A stretch of 18,936 bases of DNA. Origin: Candidatus Baldrarchaeum yapensis. Its GTDB lineage: Archaea > Asgardarchaeota > Baldrarchaeia > Baldrarchaeales > Baldrarchaeaceae. The stretch lies in the NCBI GenBank assembly GCA_016840465.1, contig JAEOSH010000047.1, forward strand, positions 1 through 18,936, in the 5' to 3' direction. Positions 1 to 8,326 of this stretch are shown one piece after another. The notes under the pieces are model-generated. The model had not been told where the DNA came from. It saw only the letters and a list, made by a program, of their open reading frames with translations, and searched no databases. How positions within the stretch are numbered: the stretch's first letter is position 1; each line of letters starts with the position of its first letter. Both the position numbers and the translations under genes were made by a program.

Positions 1-19
1 AGATGTGTATAAGAGACAG
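1..19 (+). other. Tn5 mosaic end / Nextera adapter sequence (library artefact at contig end)
   Basis: Exact match to AGATGTGTATAAGAGACAG at positions 1-19. Confidence 0.95.
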
Positions 20-630
20 CCACCCCCACCGCCTCCCCCGGCGTGACGCCCTCCTCGGCCTAGCGAGCAGAAGGGCATTTCTCTCCAGGGTCTCCTCCAC
101 GACCCCCTGCCGAAGTACGCGGCGTCCGCGAGGACGACGCTTCCCTCGGGGACGAACTTCAGGAGGGCCCTATAGCCCTGAATGTCGGCGGTGGGGCCGG
201 GGGTTGCGGCCGCCGCCATCACGATGTCGGATCGTATGTCGTAGAGGAAGTGGACCTTGAAGTGGCGGCCTTTTCGGCGGTGAGGAATTCCGATGGAGTC
301 GGCGACCAGGAGGTCGGGGTTTCCGGCGATCTTCGCCGCGACCTCCATTGCCCAGTTTTTGAGGAGTATCCACGCCCTGTGGATAGTTGCGGGGCTGGGC
401 GATGCCCTCACGATGAACGGTGCTATTTCCGCTGTTCTCTTGAACGTTAGGTTGAGGAGGGCCTTTAATGCGCATAGCGCGGCGAGATGCCATGTCTCGT
501 ACTTCAGCGGGCGTCCCCTGCGTTTTCGCCTTGTCAGTTCCCTCGGCGCCATTTGGATTGCTGCATGGATGATAGCTTTAATAGCGTTGCGATCGTATAT
601 TTCCGTGGGTTGGTTTGCGGAGGGTTGCAA
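20..630 (-). pseudogene. DDE transposase, 3'-truncated, apparent 1-nt frameshift at the G5 run (107-103)
   Basis: Manual translation from TTG630 (or ATG552): ...RKRRGRPLKYETWHLAALCALKALLNLTFKR...LLVADSIGI...FKVHFLYD...VVLADAAYFG. GRPxKY N-terminus, first catalytic D (VADS), KxH motif, second catalytic D (ADAAY). Transposase-like sequence continues in another frame as VVEETLERNALLLARPRR. Not in the ORF track, probably because the frame has no stop before the window edge. Confidence 0.7.
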
Positions 631-631
631 A

Positions 632-661
632 GGTCTATGGGGACGGGCTGCCCCATAGACC
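632..661. repeat. Perfect 11-bp inverted repeat with 8-nt loop
   Basis: GGTCTATGGGG (632-642) acgggctg CCCCATAGACC (651-661). Confidence 0.9.
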
Positions 662-682
662 CTTCCCTTTACGTTTGTAAAA

Positions 683-697
683 TTATGAAACAGCCTC
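683..697 (-). repeat. Putative IS terminal inverted repeat
   Basis: Minus strand TGA|GAGGCTGTTTCATAA upstream of the transposase. GAG-starting ends with TNA-type targets occur in IS5-family subgroups. The partner repeat is outside the window, so this is unverified. Confidence 0.4.
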
Positions 698-725
698 TCA
701 ACTGACCTAGACCGATATTCGCCCT

Positions 726-1901
726 TTACGGTATGAGGGATCTCAAGGCTAGCGCAAGCACTCTGACCGAGGTCATTCCCCTTAATATCACTTCCCGTTG
801 GAAGTCCATATCACCGTACCTCTCTAGCAACGCATCGACATGAAAGAACTCCATGTTCTTAAACAAATTATCGAGAATCTTGTCCGTCAACGCATTAAGC
901 AAAAATCTCACCATTTTCATTGCAGAAAATTCGCGTCCTAAGACCCTCCTCCAAGTTGCATCATACGATAACAGTACCCTCGGGTCTGTAGCATTTTTCT
1001 CCAAAAATCCCGCAACAGTCCTACCAGCAATTCTAGCACATATGCCCCCTAAAATAACCCCGCCTCCCGTTGTTGGCTTTACGTGACCCGCCGTATCTCC
1101 CACAATTATAACACCTCCTCGAACACATCTCCGCACAGGACCAGATGTTATAACTCTACCTCCCATCTTCCTCAAAATTTTGAATCTTGATCCCCTAAAT
1201 CTCCTAATTAAGAATTTTTTAAGTCTTTTCCTGGGAAAATTATAAGCTGCAACACCTACACGTACGGTATCACTTTTAAGCGGTATTACCCATGCGAAGA
1301 AACCCGGTGCGACTCTTCTGCCAAAGTGTAACTCCACAGTGTCAATATTGGCATCGCCTCCCTCAATATCATGCTGTACTGCGGGCAATCGAACTCTGGG
1401 AACAGCAAACCCCAATCTCCGACTCAACCTACATGAAACCCCCTCCGCAATAACGACACATTTTGCTTCGGCCTCAATCACGCCTCGAGTACTCTTAAAT
1501 GATACTCGAATGCGTCCCTGATTCGATGTCCTAACATCAGTTACTTTGTGCTCAGTTAATACCGTAACCCCTTTCTTTTCAGCAAGATCTGCTAGGTATC
1601 TATCGAACAGTTCTCTATCGATGACGTATGCTTGCGTTTCTCCTCTCCCTATGTCGAATCGATAACCCGAGGGCGAAACAAATGTCGCACACAGAATTTT
1701 ATCATTAATGATGACCTTAGAAGGAACTCTTATACCTAGTCTCCTTAGCCCCTTAACACTTACAAGGCCCGCACAATGAGAGGGCCTTCCGATAGATTTA
1801 TGCTCCTCTAGGACGACTACTTCAAAGCCCGCACTTGCAACCTCATATGCCGTAAGAAGTCCGGCGGGGCCGCCACCCACAACTATAACGTCGGCTCTCA
1901 T
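726..1901 (-). CDS. Geranylgeranyl reductase family FAD-dependent oxidoreductase (digeranylgeranylglycerophospholipid reductase-like)
   Basis: DVIVVGGGPAG dinucleotide-binding motif, PSHCAG, APGFFAWVIP (YxWxFP-like), VGDTAGHVKPTTGGG. Start moved to ATG1901 (MRADV), which has GGTG 6 nt upstream. Confidence 0.9.
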   Translation of the reverse strand: MRADVIVVGGGPAGLLTAYEVASAGFEVVVLEEHKSIGRPSHCAGLVSVKGLRRLGIRVPSKVIINDKILCATFVSPSGYRFDIGRGETQAYVIDRELFDRYLADLAEKKGVTVLTEHKVTDVRTSNQGRIRVSFKSTRGVIEAEAKCVVIAEGVSCRLSRRLGFAVPRVRLPAVQHDIEGGDANIDTVELHFGRRVAPGFFAWVIPLKSDTVRVGVAAYNFPRKRLKKFLIRRFRGSRFKILRKMGGRVITSGPVRRCVRGGVIIVGDTAGHVKPTTGGGVILGGICARIAGRTVAGFLEKNATDPRVLLSYDATWRRVLGREFSAMKMVRFLLNALTDKILDNLFKNMEFFHVDALLERYGDMDFQREVILRGMTSVRVLALALRSLIP

Positions 1902-1923
1902 ACAACGCACCATGGTGGTATGA

Positions 1924-2283
1924 ATGCCAGTGGAGTACAAGCAAGTAATCGTTGTGCGGACGGATATAAAAATGAGTAAGGGGAAGTTGGCGGCGCAAGT
2001 GGCACACGCTAGCGTGACCGCGGCCGAAGTTGCTAGGATCAGATATCATGAATGGTGGAATGCTTGGTTCCTGCAAGGGCAAAAGAAGGTCGTTCTCAAA
2101 GTTAAAAGTCTTGACGAGTTGATAAAAATAAAGGAGGAAGCTGAGCGAGAAAAACTGCCAGTTGCCATGATACAGGACCGCGGCCTGACAGAGTTACCCC
2201 CAGGTACCATAACGGCTCTTGGAATAGGTCCAGCTCCAAGTGAACGTATAGATAAAATAACGGGCCCTCTTCCACTACTCTAG
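1924..2283 (+). CDS. pth2: Peptidyl-tRNA hydrolase Pth2
   Basis: KQVIVVRTDIKMSKGKLAAQVAHAS, QKKVVLK, IQDRGLTELPPGTITALGIGP, ITGPLPLL match the Pth2 signature. Confidence 0.97.
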   Translation: MPVEYKQVIVVRTDIKMSKGKLAAQVAHASVTAAEVARIRYHEWWNAWFLQGQKKVVLKVKSLDELIKIKEEAEREKLPVAMIQDRGLTELPPGTITALGIGPAPSERIDKITGPLPLL

Positions 2284-2295
2284 AGGCTGATATCT

Positions 2296-3663
2296 GTGAA
2301 GATACCGCAAATAGACTTAGAAATGGGAATGGAGTGCTACCTTACCCGCACTCCAGGAATAGATGGGCAGATAAGAGCGAGAATTGAGGACTTCATAGTT
2401 GAGGAGATAGGGGAAGACGGCAGGATCTTTGAGGTAGGAGGAAGTTACGGTGTAAACACAGAAAAGAGAAGCAGATACCTTACATTTTTATTAGAAAAAC
2501 ATGATTGGGATACCTTCATTCTCCTAGACTTTATGTCCAGGGAGTTGAAAATAGAACCGGATAGGTTCTCGCTGGGCGGCATAAAGGACAAAAGGGCTAT
2601 CACCATACAGAGAGTGAGTGTATGGGGAGTCGAACCCGAGGCTATCATGTCACTGAGAATACCACGCGTTTTCATAAGGGGAATTTGGTACTCGGACGAG
2701 AAAATAGAGCCAGCCAAAATCTTGGGGAATAGATTTCGAATAAAAATCAGAGACGCACGATATCGCGGTAATGATCTCCTTCGAGTTATTAACGATGCGT
2801 ATATAGAATTGTTAGAGTACGGAGGCGCTCCTAACTTCTACGGATACCAGAGATTCGGGACTATTCGCCCAATAAACCACAAAATTGGAAGGAAGTTAAT
2901 AGAAGGCGACATCAAAGGGGCAGTTTTATCATTTCTGACAGAAACATCTGAATATGAAGACGAAGAGTCCAAAAACGTGCGCCTCAGCATGCTTGCAACA
3001 TCGAATTTCGATAAACTATTGAACAGGATTCCAAAGTCAATGTACTATGAAAGACTCGTGGTAAGGGTCTTAGCGAGAAGGCCGGGAGCTTACGTGACAG
3101 CGTTGAGGTCTTTGCCGCTAAATGTACGGAGAATGTTTATAGCCGCTTTTGCTTCCCGGATTTTCAATAAAATAATAAGCAGGCGAATAAAGAACGGGAC
3201 AATAACTCAAGTTCTAACGGGGGATCTTGTTACAGAGATAAAGGACGAATATGGAACAACATTTGGGAAGATAATAGTAGCATCGGAATCTAATAGAAAA
3301 GAGTTGCAAGAACTGGTGGATCGTGGATCCGCTATGATACTTCTCCCTGTAGTGGGATATAAAGTGCCAGGTGACTTAAAAAAGCTTGGCGAGTCTGGTG
3401 AAGTAATACGAGAGGTGCTTGATGAAGAGGGAGTATCTCCAGAGCAATTCAAACTGAGAACATTAAAGGAATTGAGCTTTGAAGGTCACTTGAGAGCGGC
3501 AATTGCACGCATCACACGATTTGACAAAAAACTCGTTCTCAGAGACGAAGACCCGAAGGAAAACACAATACACATTCAATTTTGTTTGCCAAGAGGGTCC
3601 TTCGCAACGGTTGTGTTAAGAGAGTTCATGAAACCCGAGGACCCCATAAGAGCGGGATTCTAG
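2296..3663 (+). CDS. truD: tRNA pseudouridine(13) synthase TruD
   Basis: EDFIVEE, GIKDKRAIT (catalytic Asp), LGNRFRI, PNFYGYQRFG, FCLPRGSFATVVLREFMK. Confidence 0.96.
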   Translation: MKIPQIDLEMGMECYLTRTPGIDGQIRARIEDFIVEEIGEDGRIFEVGGSYGVNTEKRSRYLTFLLEKHDWDTFILLDFMSRELKIEPDRFSLGGIKDKRAITIQRVSVWGVEPEAIMSLRIPRVFIRGIWYSDEKIEPAKILGNRFRIKIRDARYRGNDLLRVINDAYIELLEYGGAPNFYGYQRFGTIRPINHKIGRKLIEGDIKGAVLSFLTETSEYEDEESKNVRLSMLATSNFDKLLNRIPKSMYYERLVVRVLARRPGAYVTALRSLPLNVRRMFIAAFASRIFNKIISRRIKNGTITQVLTGDLVTEIKDEYGTTFGKIIVASESNRKELQELVDRGSAMILLPVVGYKVPGDLKKLGESGEVIREVLDEEGVSPEQFKLRTLKELSFEGHLRAAIARITRFDKKLVLRDEDPKENTIHIQFCLPRGSFATVVLREFMKPEDPIRAGF

Positions 3664-4343
3664 GAGGACTTTTCCGTCGACGACGATGCAGTGGCCACTG
3701 CAGCGGTAGTTTCCTGTACTGCAGCGATTTCAGATAGTTCCTTCTCAAGGGCCTCCGGTGGGACCTCCAGAACCTCTGTCTTCCAAACATCACACTTACG
3801 TAGTGGCATTATTTTCTTGGCAAGATTGTATATCTCAGATCCTATCTTTCCGAGCACACATTCTTGCACAAAGTCCTTAAAGTTGAGTTCTTTGGCTCTC
3901 TTTTCTATGACTTCCTGCATAATTTTCCTGATTGCATACTTTTGACTTGTCTTTGCTCTGCTTACGGTAAATGCAACACACGATGTTTTGACGCGGTAAC
4001 CGTCCTTCGTTCGGACAAAGAATATTCCCTCGACTTTTGAAGTCTTTCTCCTAATGAGACTACGTAAATAGTCACGTGCCCATTCATGCCCTTTAAACCT
4101 TGTGTAAGCATTTTCTCCCTCGATCTTTATTATCTGAAAACGCAAAAGCACATGTATCTGATTGAAATCTCCGGTTATGTCATATAACGTGGTCTCAATG
4201 ACCCTGCCCAGAAGCTTTTGAGGGTCATCCGCCGGAGTAACGCCGATTTCCTTATTTCCGAAATATGGTGGTGCATATACAACGTACCACTTCTTAAACT
4301 TCCACTTGTCCACGGCTCTTGACCTTTTACTCGACTGAGACAT
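3660..4343 (-). CDS. rps3ae: 30S ribosomal protein S3Ae (eS1)
   Basis: DKWKFKKWYVVYAPPYFG, GRVIETTLYDITGDF, DYLRSLIRRKTSKV, VRTKDGY. Short low-complexity C-terminal tail. Confidence 0.97.
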   Translation of the reverse strand: MSQSSKRSRAVDKWKFKKWYVVYAPPYFGNKEIGVTPADDPQKLLGRVIETTLYDITGDFNQIHVLLRFQIIKIEGENAYTRFKGHEWARDYLRSLIRRKTSKVEGIFFVRTKDGYRVKTSCVAFTVSRAKTSQKYAIRKIMQEVIEKRAKELNFKDFVQECVLGKIGSEIYNLAKKIMPLRKCDVWKTEVLEVPPEALEKELSEIAAVQETTAAVATASSSTEKSS

Positions 4344-4418
4344 GCTCTTCCCTCGGATTACTTATGTGATTACCTCACAATACGAGGATCAATAAAAACC
4401 TTTCCTTCACGAACACGA

Positions 4419-4679
4419 TCAAGATTTGTGCCTCTTCAAACGGTACACGTCGTTTATCAACTGCGTGCTCACAACAAGGTCATCTATTGTAGATATCAAT
4501 GTATCCACACGGGCGGTACTCTCAACCTCTGTAATGACAACATCGCCCTCGGCCCTCGTCTCTATGTCAATGCCCTCCGGCGCAAACCTGTTCTCCACCG
4601 ATAATACCTTCTCCAATATCTTAGCATGCTTCTCGTTCTCCGCAAAATATTTGACAAGCACCCGAATCTTAACCGGCAT
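4419..4679 (-). CDS. pcc1: KEOPS complex subunit Pcc1-like protein
   Basis: 86 aa with A..L...L..EN and TL..TIDDL patterns, in the conserved rps15-DHH-pcc1-rps3ae order. Confidence 0.8.
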   Translation of the reverse strand: MPVKIRVLVKYFAENEKHAKILEKVLSVENRFAPEGIDIETRAEGDVVITEVESTARVDTLISTIDDLVVSTQLINDVYRLKRHKS

Positions 4680-6162
4680 TTGACCCCCTCCTCATGGAAC
4701 CTACAATCCTGTCTACTGTCCTCAAAAACTCCTCTTCCTTACCTCTGGGTATTTGGCCGCCTGCAGCGATATCATGCCCCCCGGCGATACCATCCAGCCC
4801 CAACTCCTCAATTGCCCTCCTTAGCGCTGCACCCAGATCTACACCCTCCTGGACAACCTTCTCAGTAGTCCTCGCCGAAATCTTCACTTTATCAGGGAAA
4901 TCCTTCAAGTACGCAAGACCCAAGACAGGTTTATCTCCATTAACGATTCTCGTGGACAGTGCCAAGGAGATAACTGTCCCTATCATTCGATCATCGATAA
5001 AGTCTCCTCCATGTACGTATCTTATGTTCTCCATCTCGACAACAGCGGTAGACTTGTTCCTCAGGAGCCAATTGACATATCGCGCAAGGTTCTCACGATA
5101 CTTGCCCATAATATCCATTGCCCTCTTGAAGAACTCTCCTCGATCTCCCATGCACACGATCACGCCGATCGTGGGATATCCCATTCTTCCGCATGCATTG
5201 AGCAACGATGCATACTCCCTTGCATCCCTCAGTGGGGATCCCCTCTTCTCATGCGGAAATGTGTAAACTATGCCAACGATGCTCTCCGCCTCCGCAGAAC
5301 TCAGACCGGACATTATCATGTGGTTCACAAGCCCCGAAACAAACGCCCTCTTCTCCTCCTCTGACAAATCAGAAAGCGTCCTCCATCTACCGTTCGAATC
5401 CTTTATGTTTATTCCGACAACACGCCTCACAAAATTGAGGCACGCCATGCGATCCCCTGTAAGCCCCGGTATAAAGGGATCGGTGGTGTACTCCAGTGCC
5501 ACGTGAATCGGGCGCGTCTCCCTTCCAAATAACTTTATGTCCTTACGAACCTCAATGTACCCCCTCCGCACCCCCTCTTCCACGAAGACGTCATTGAGAC
5601 CCACAAGTGCGCCATCCTCCCCCTTATCTTGCCTGTCCCCTATTGCCCCCACAACCGCTAACGGGCACAGATCTATATTGCTCTCATCCAGCATATACGC
5701 AACCGAGAAGACAACCGAAGAACTACTCGCCTCCCGCGCGCCGTCTATACCGAATAAATGAGGATTCAAGTGTATCACATTATCGCCACCGCTGGCACTG
5801 GGCGGGTGATGATCCAGTACAACTATCTTTTTCTTTTCCGATAACGCTTTTATTATCAGATCGAGCTGCCCACTGCCCAGATCCGTGAACACATAAAAAT
5901 CGTAGTCTTCCGATTTTAACCTCGAAATGTCATCCACAGTTAGTTGTCTGAGCACACTCAAATGATAAATGGCATCTTTCCTGTTTAAAACCGAACATAT
6001 GACCCCAGCCGAGGTCAAACCGTCCGCATCAAGGTGTGAAATTATTCTTATTGCACCATCACCGATAATTTCCTCGAGTCTCCCCGCTACCTCCTCCGCC
6101 TCCTCAAGAAACCTCCTATACCTCTCCTCTAAATCTTCAAGGGAAAAGGAATGCATTTCCAC
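4669..6162 (-). CDS. RecJ/Cdc45-like DHH-DHHA1 nuclease (GAN-type)
   Basis: SHLDADG, FTDLGSG, LDHH, VGAIGD and GGHDIAAG motifs are all intact. It lies between rps15 and pcc1, as Thermococcus GAN does. Start GTG6162 or ATG6156. Confidence 0.9.
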   Translation of the reverse strand: MEMHSFSLEDLEERYRRFLEEAEEVAGRLEEIIGDGAIRIISHLDADGLTSAGVICSVLNRKDAIYHLSVLRQLTVDDISRLKSEDYDFYVFTDLGSGQLDLIIKALSEKKKIVVLDHHPPSASGGDNVIHLNPHLFGIDGAREASSSSVVFSVAYMLDESNIDLCPLAVVGAIGDRQDKGEDGALVGLNDVFVEEGVRRGYIEVRKDIKLFGRETRPIHVALEYTTDPFIPGLTGDRMACLNFVRRVVGINIKDSNGRWRTLSDLSEEEKRAFVSGLVNHMIMSGLSSAEAESIVGIVYTFPHEKRGSPLRDAREYASLLNACGRMGYPTIGVIVCMGDRGEFFKRAMDIMGKYRENLARYVNWLLRNKSTAVVEMENIRYVHGGDFIDDRMIGTVISLALSTRIVNGDKPVLGLAYLKDFPDKVKISARTTEKVVQEGVDLGAALRRAIEELGLDGIAGGHDIAAGGQIPRGKEEEFLRTVDRIVGSMRRGSNAG

Positions 6163-6166
6163 ACCA

Positions 6167-6616
6167 TCAGATAAGCCGCACCTTCTCGGGCTCGTACTTC
6201 CAGTCCGATGGGAGCTTTCCTACCCTCTTGTAGTACTTCACAAGCCTGTGTATCTTGCTCTCTATCAACTGTAACCCTCTACGTGAATGAATGTCCTTCG
6301 GATGTTCCTCGAGGTGCATTCTGAGGTTAACAGCACGTCTGATCAAATTCTGAAGGTCCTCCGGTATCTCTGGCGCTAGTCCATGCTCACGTAGTATCTG
6401 TGTTATTTTCTTACCGGTTATCTGCTTAACGAGCGGTATCCCATATTGATCTCTCAGAATTATACCTATCATGCTCGGAGGATGACCCTCCTTCGCTAAC
6501 TTTACTACCAGCGCTTCCACTTCCTCAGGTGTATATCTGACCCACTCTGGAGGGGTCTTCCTAGGTGGTCTCGTCGAACCTGATTTTCCTTTCCTCCTTG
6601 CATGCATTCGTGCCAT
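6167..6616 (-). CDS. rps15: 30S ribosomal protein S15 (uS15)
   Basis: [46 protein letters not shown]. True start is ATG6616, not 6673. Confidence 0.97.
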   Translation of the reverse strand: MARMHARRKGKSGSTRPPRKTPPEWVRYTPEEVEALVVKLAKEGHPPSMIGIILRDQYGIPLVKQITGKKITQILREHGLAPEIPEDLQNLIRRAVNLRMHLEEHPKDIHSRRGLQLIESKIHRLVKYYKRVGKLPSDWKYEPEKVRLI

Positions 6617-6683
6617 GAAGCACCACTCCCGATGATCCAGACTTCTGTGAAATTTCCTCCGAGAACGAAACAATATATTGAAA

Positions 6684-6760
6684 TGGCGCCCCGGCCGGGA
6701 TTTGAACCCGGGTCGCGGGCTCGACAGGCCCGCATGCTAACCGGGCTACACCACCGGGGC
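6684..6760 (-). tRNA. tRNA-Asp (GTC), CCA encoded
   Basis: GCCCCGG...CCGGGGC-G-CCA acceptor, anticodon arm CGGGC-CTGTCGA-GCCCG, T-arm CCGGG-TTCAAAT-CCCGG. Confidence 0.97.
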
Positions 6761-7220
6761 AAAACCTACCATTTCCGGCCCCGATGTTTTTATCGGCGTG
6801 CTGGTGGAGGACCCTTTTAACTCCACCTTTAACTATACCACTTTCTATCCTTTAAGTACTTTTCTGAGGAGGACTCATACTTCCGATAGGGGGCCAGATA
6901 CCAATACATTCATCCCTTTAAGGGCATATAACTGAGGCGAGTTTTACTGGCGAAGGTGCGATTGATACCGCAACTGGTGATGAAACAAACCGACCGCGTT
7001 AGCATAGCAATTTTTCATAGTGGGCATAGTAATAATTTTATGAAAGACTAACAGCATTTGTGGTTGCGCCGTTAGGTTTGCTTTAATAACAGAATTTTGA
7101 GGAGAAGCGGGCTCGATCATGTCCTCGACTGCCATCACACCCTTGGTTAAATTAAAAAGTACTATTTGTGTTTCATAATAACTGACACTCGTTCGACACC
7201 ACTTGGGGTTCTCCCCACGC

Positions 7221-7308
7221 GCCGGGGTGGCCGAGTGGTTTAGGCGGCGGACTGCAGTAATGGACAGATATCCGCTTTACCGGGGTTCGAATCCCCGCCC
7301 CGGCTCCA
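7221..7308 (+). tRNA. tRNA-Cys (GCA) with 12-nt intron at 37/38 (7258-7269), CCA encoded
   Basis: GCCGGGG/CCCCGGC acceptor with U73 discriminator. Anticodon arm GCGGA-CTGCAG[TAATGGACAGAT]A-TCCGC. Removing 12 nt gives a 76-nt tRNA. Confidence 0.93.
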
Positions 7309-7796
7309 CTTTCTAAATATTCATGATGATTTTATTTTGTCTTTATTGCTGAGATTGTTCTGAATGTTTAGGTAGCAGTACAACACCACGTTTAAGGAGA
7401 TTGAGAAATTCTTTTCGTCTACCTTCACATGATCCCAGCTGTGCCTCATTTTAAGTATGTGTCGTTAACGTGGTTACATGTGTACAACGTGTGGGGGAAG
7501 TACAGTGCCGGAGTTGAACAAGCAGTTGATTACCACCTTCCAATTCGCTTATTGTTGAAAAATAAACGATCTTTAGAGGCCCTAAGTGAATTAGAGGTGA
7601 AAAGCCGACGGAAGATTTCAACAATATCGTATATACGGGAAGATTGAAATTTTTCTAGTTTTGTGAAGAAGATCGCACTAGGGATGTCCTCACGATTCGT
7701 CTATTACTACTTAGGCAACTCATGTTATCCAAAAGAATTAAGTATAGATTAGGAGACTTACACGGAAAAGTTTCGGAGGTGGTGGTATGAGCGGAG

Positions 7797-8198
7797 GTGA
7801 GTACTGGATCCTTGCAAGAGCAAAAGGTGGTGACTACTTCCTCTGAGGATGTCGCGGCTACGGTGGTTAGTGTATTCCACGCACCCCGCGGGTCGATAAT
7901 AGAGTTGATGTTAAAGAGAATAAGATTTCTCGAACAGGCGCTCGTGAAATTTGCGATGTCCGAACTCACAGATCTGCAGAAAACACTTCTCAAGAAAGTG
8001 CGTGAAAACGAGGGTAAGAAGACCTTAACGGCACTAACTCGAGAGTTATCCAAGAGGTATGGAATTCCTGAATCTACTGTGAAATGGAATCTAAGGAAGT
8101 TAAGAGATATGGGGCTGATAATTGCGGGCAACGCAGAGAGCAAGGGTACCCCGGTGTCCCTGACCGAGATAGGACGTCTAGTTGTCCGCCACTTATAA
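7797..8198 (+). CDS. Winged helix-turn-helix transcriptional regulator (start uncertain, possibly TTG7905/ATG7908)
   Basis: ELTDLQKTLL...TALTRELSKRYGIPESTVKWNLRKLRDMGLI...VSLTEIGR is an ArsR/MarR-like wHTH pattern. Confidence 0.75.
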   Translation: MSTGSLQEQKVVTTSSEDVAATVVSVFHAPRGSIIELMLKRIRFLEQALVKFAMSELTDLQKTLLKKVRENEGKKTLTALTRELSKRYGIPESTVKWNLRKLRDMGLIIAGNAESKGTPVSLTEIGRLVVRHL

Positions 8199-8326
8199 TC
8201 CGTTTCGTGCCTTCTCACGTCTTCATTTCATTTCACGTTTATTTTTTGGTCACAATCTCTTGGATATTATGCCGGTATAGTAGCGGTTTTTTATGAGGTG
8301 GGAGGAACTTTTCTAGAGAGTGATAC

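Larger units (their letters stand above)
20..697 (-). mobile_element. Truncated insertion sequence with DDE transposase (IS5/IS4-like superfamily); other end lost at contig break
   Basis: Transposase-like reading frame on the minus strand, visibly higher GC than flanking host genes, and a candidate terminus GAGGCTGTTTCATAA (697-683) 28 bp after the stop codon of the reductase gene. Confidence 0.72.

Noticed and set aside
3-705. Short ORFs listed over the first 700 nt (3..260, 170..493, 250..450, 293..658, 487..705)
   Set aside because: Shadow frames of the GC-rich transposase, with Arg/Pro-biased composition and no motifs.
6505-6820. ORFs 6505..6762 and 6602..6820, and the N-terminal extension of rps15 to 6673
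   Set aside because: They overlap tRNA-Asp or rps15; the conserved S15 N-terminus starts at 6616.
6944-7138. 64-aa minus-strand ORF between the tRNAs
   Set aside because: No recognisable motif or SD. Cannot be supported, though a decayed gene is possible.
7204-7217. TGGGG-TTCT-CCCCA hairpin just upstream of tRNA-Cys, resembling its T-arm
   Set aside because: Only 5 bp. Too short to call an att-site remnant, and no integrase or tRNA 3' duplication is seen in the window.
7323-7363. ATGATGA...CTGA...CTGA downstream of tRNA-Cys as a tRNA-linked C/D sRNA
   Set aside because: Spacers are 19 and 7 nt, the first is a low-complexity U tract, and there is no proper C'/D' pair. More likely the tRNA terminator region.
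7429-7647. 72-aa ORF downstream of tRNA-Cys
   Set aside because: No motif or clear SD; unsupported.
7655-8218. 187-aa minus-strand ORF
   Set aside because: Antisense to the wHTH gene, which has the recognisable domain.
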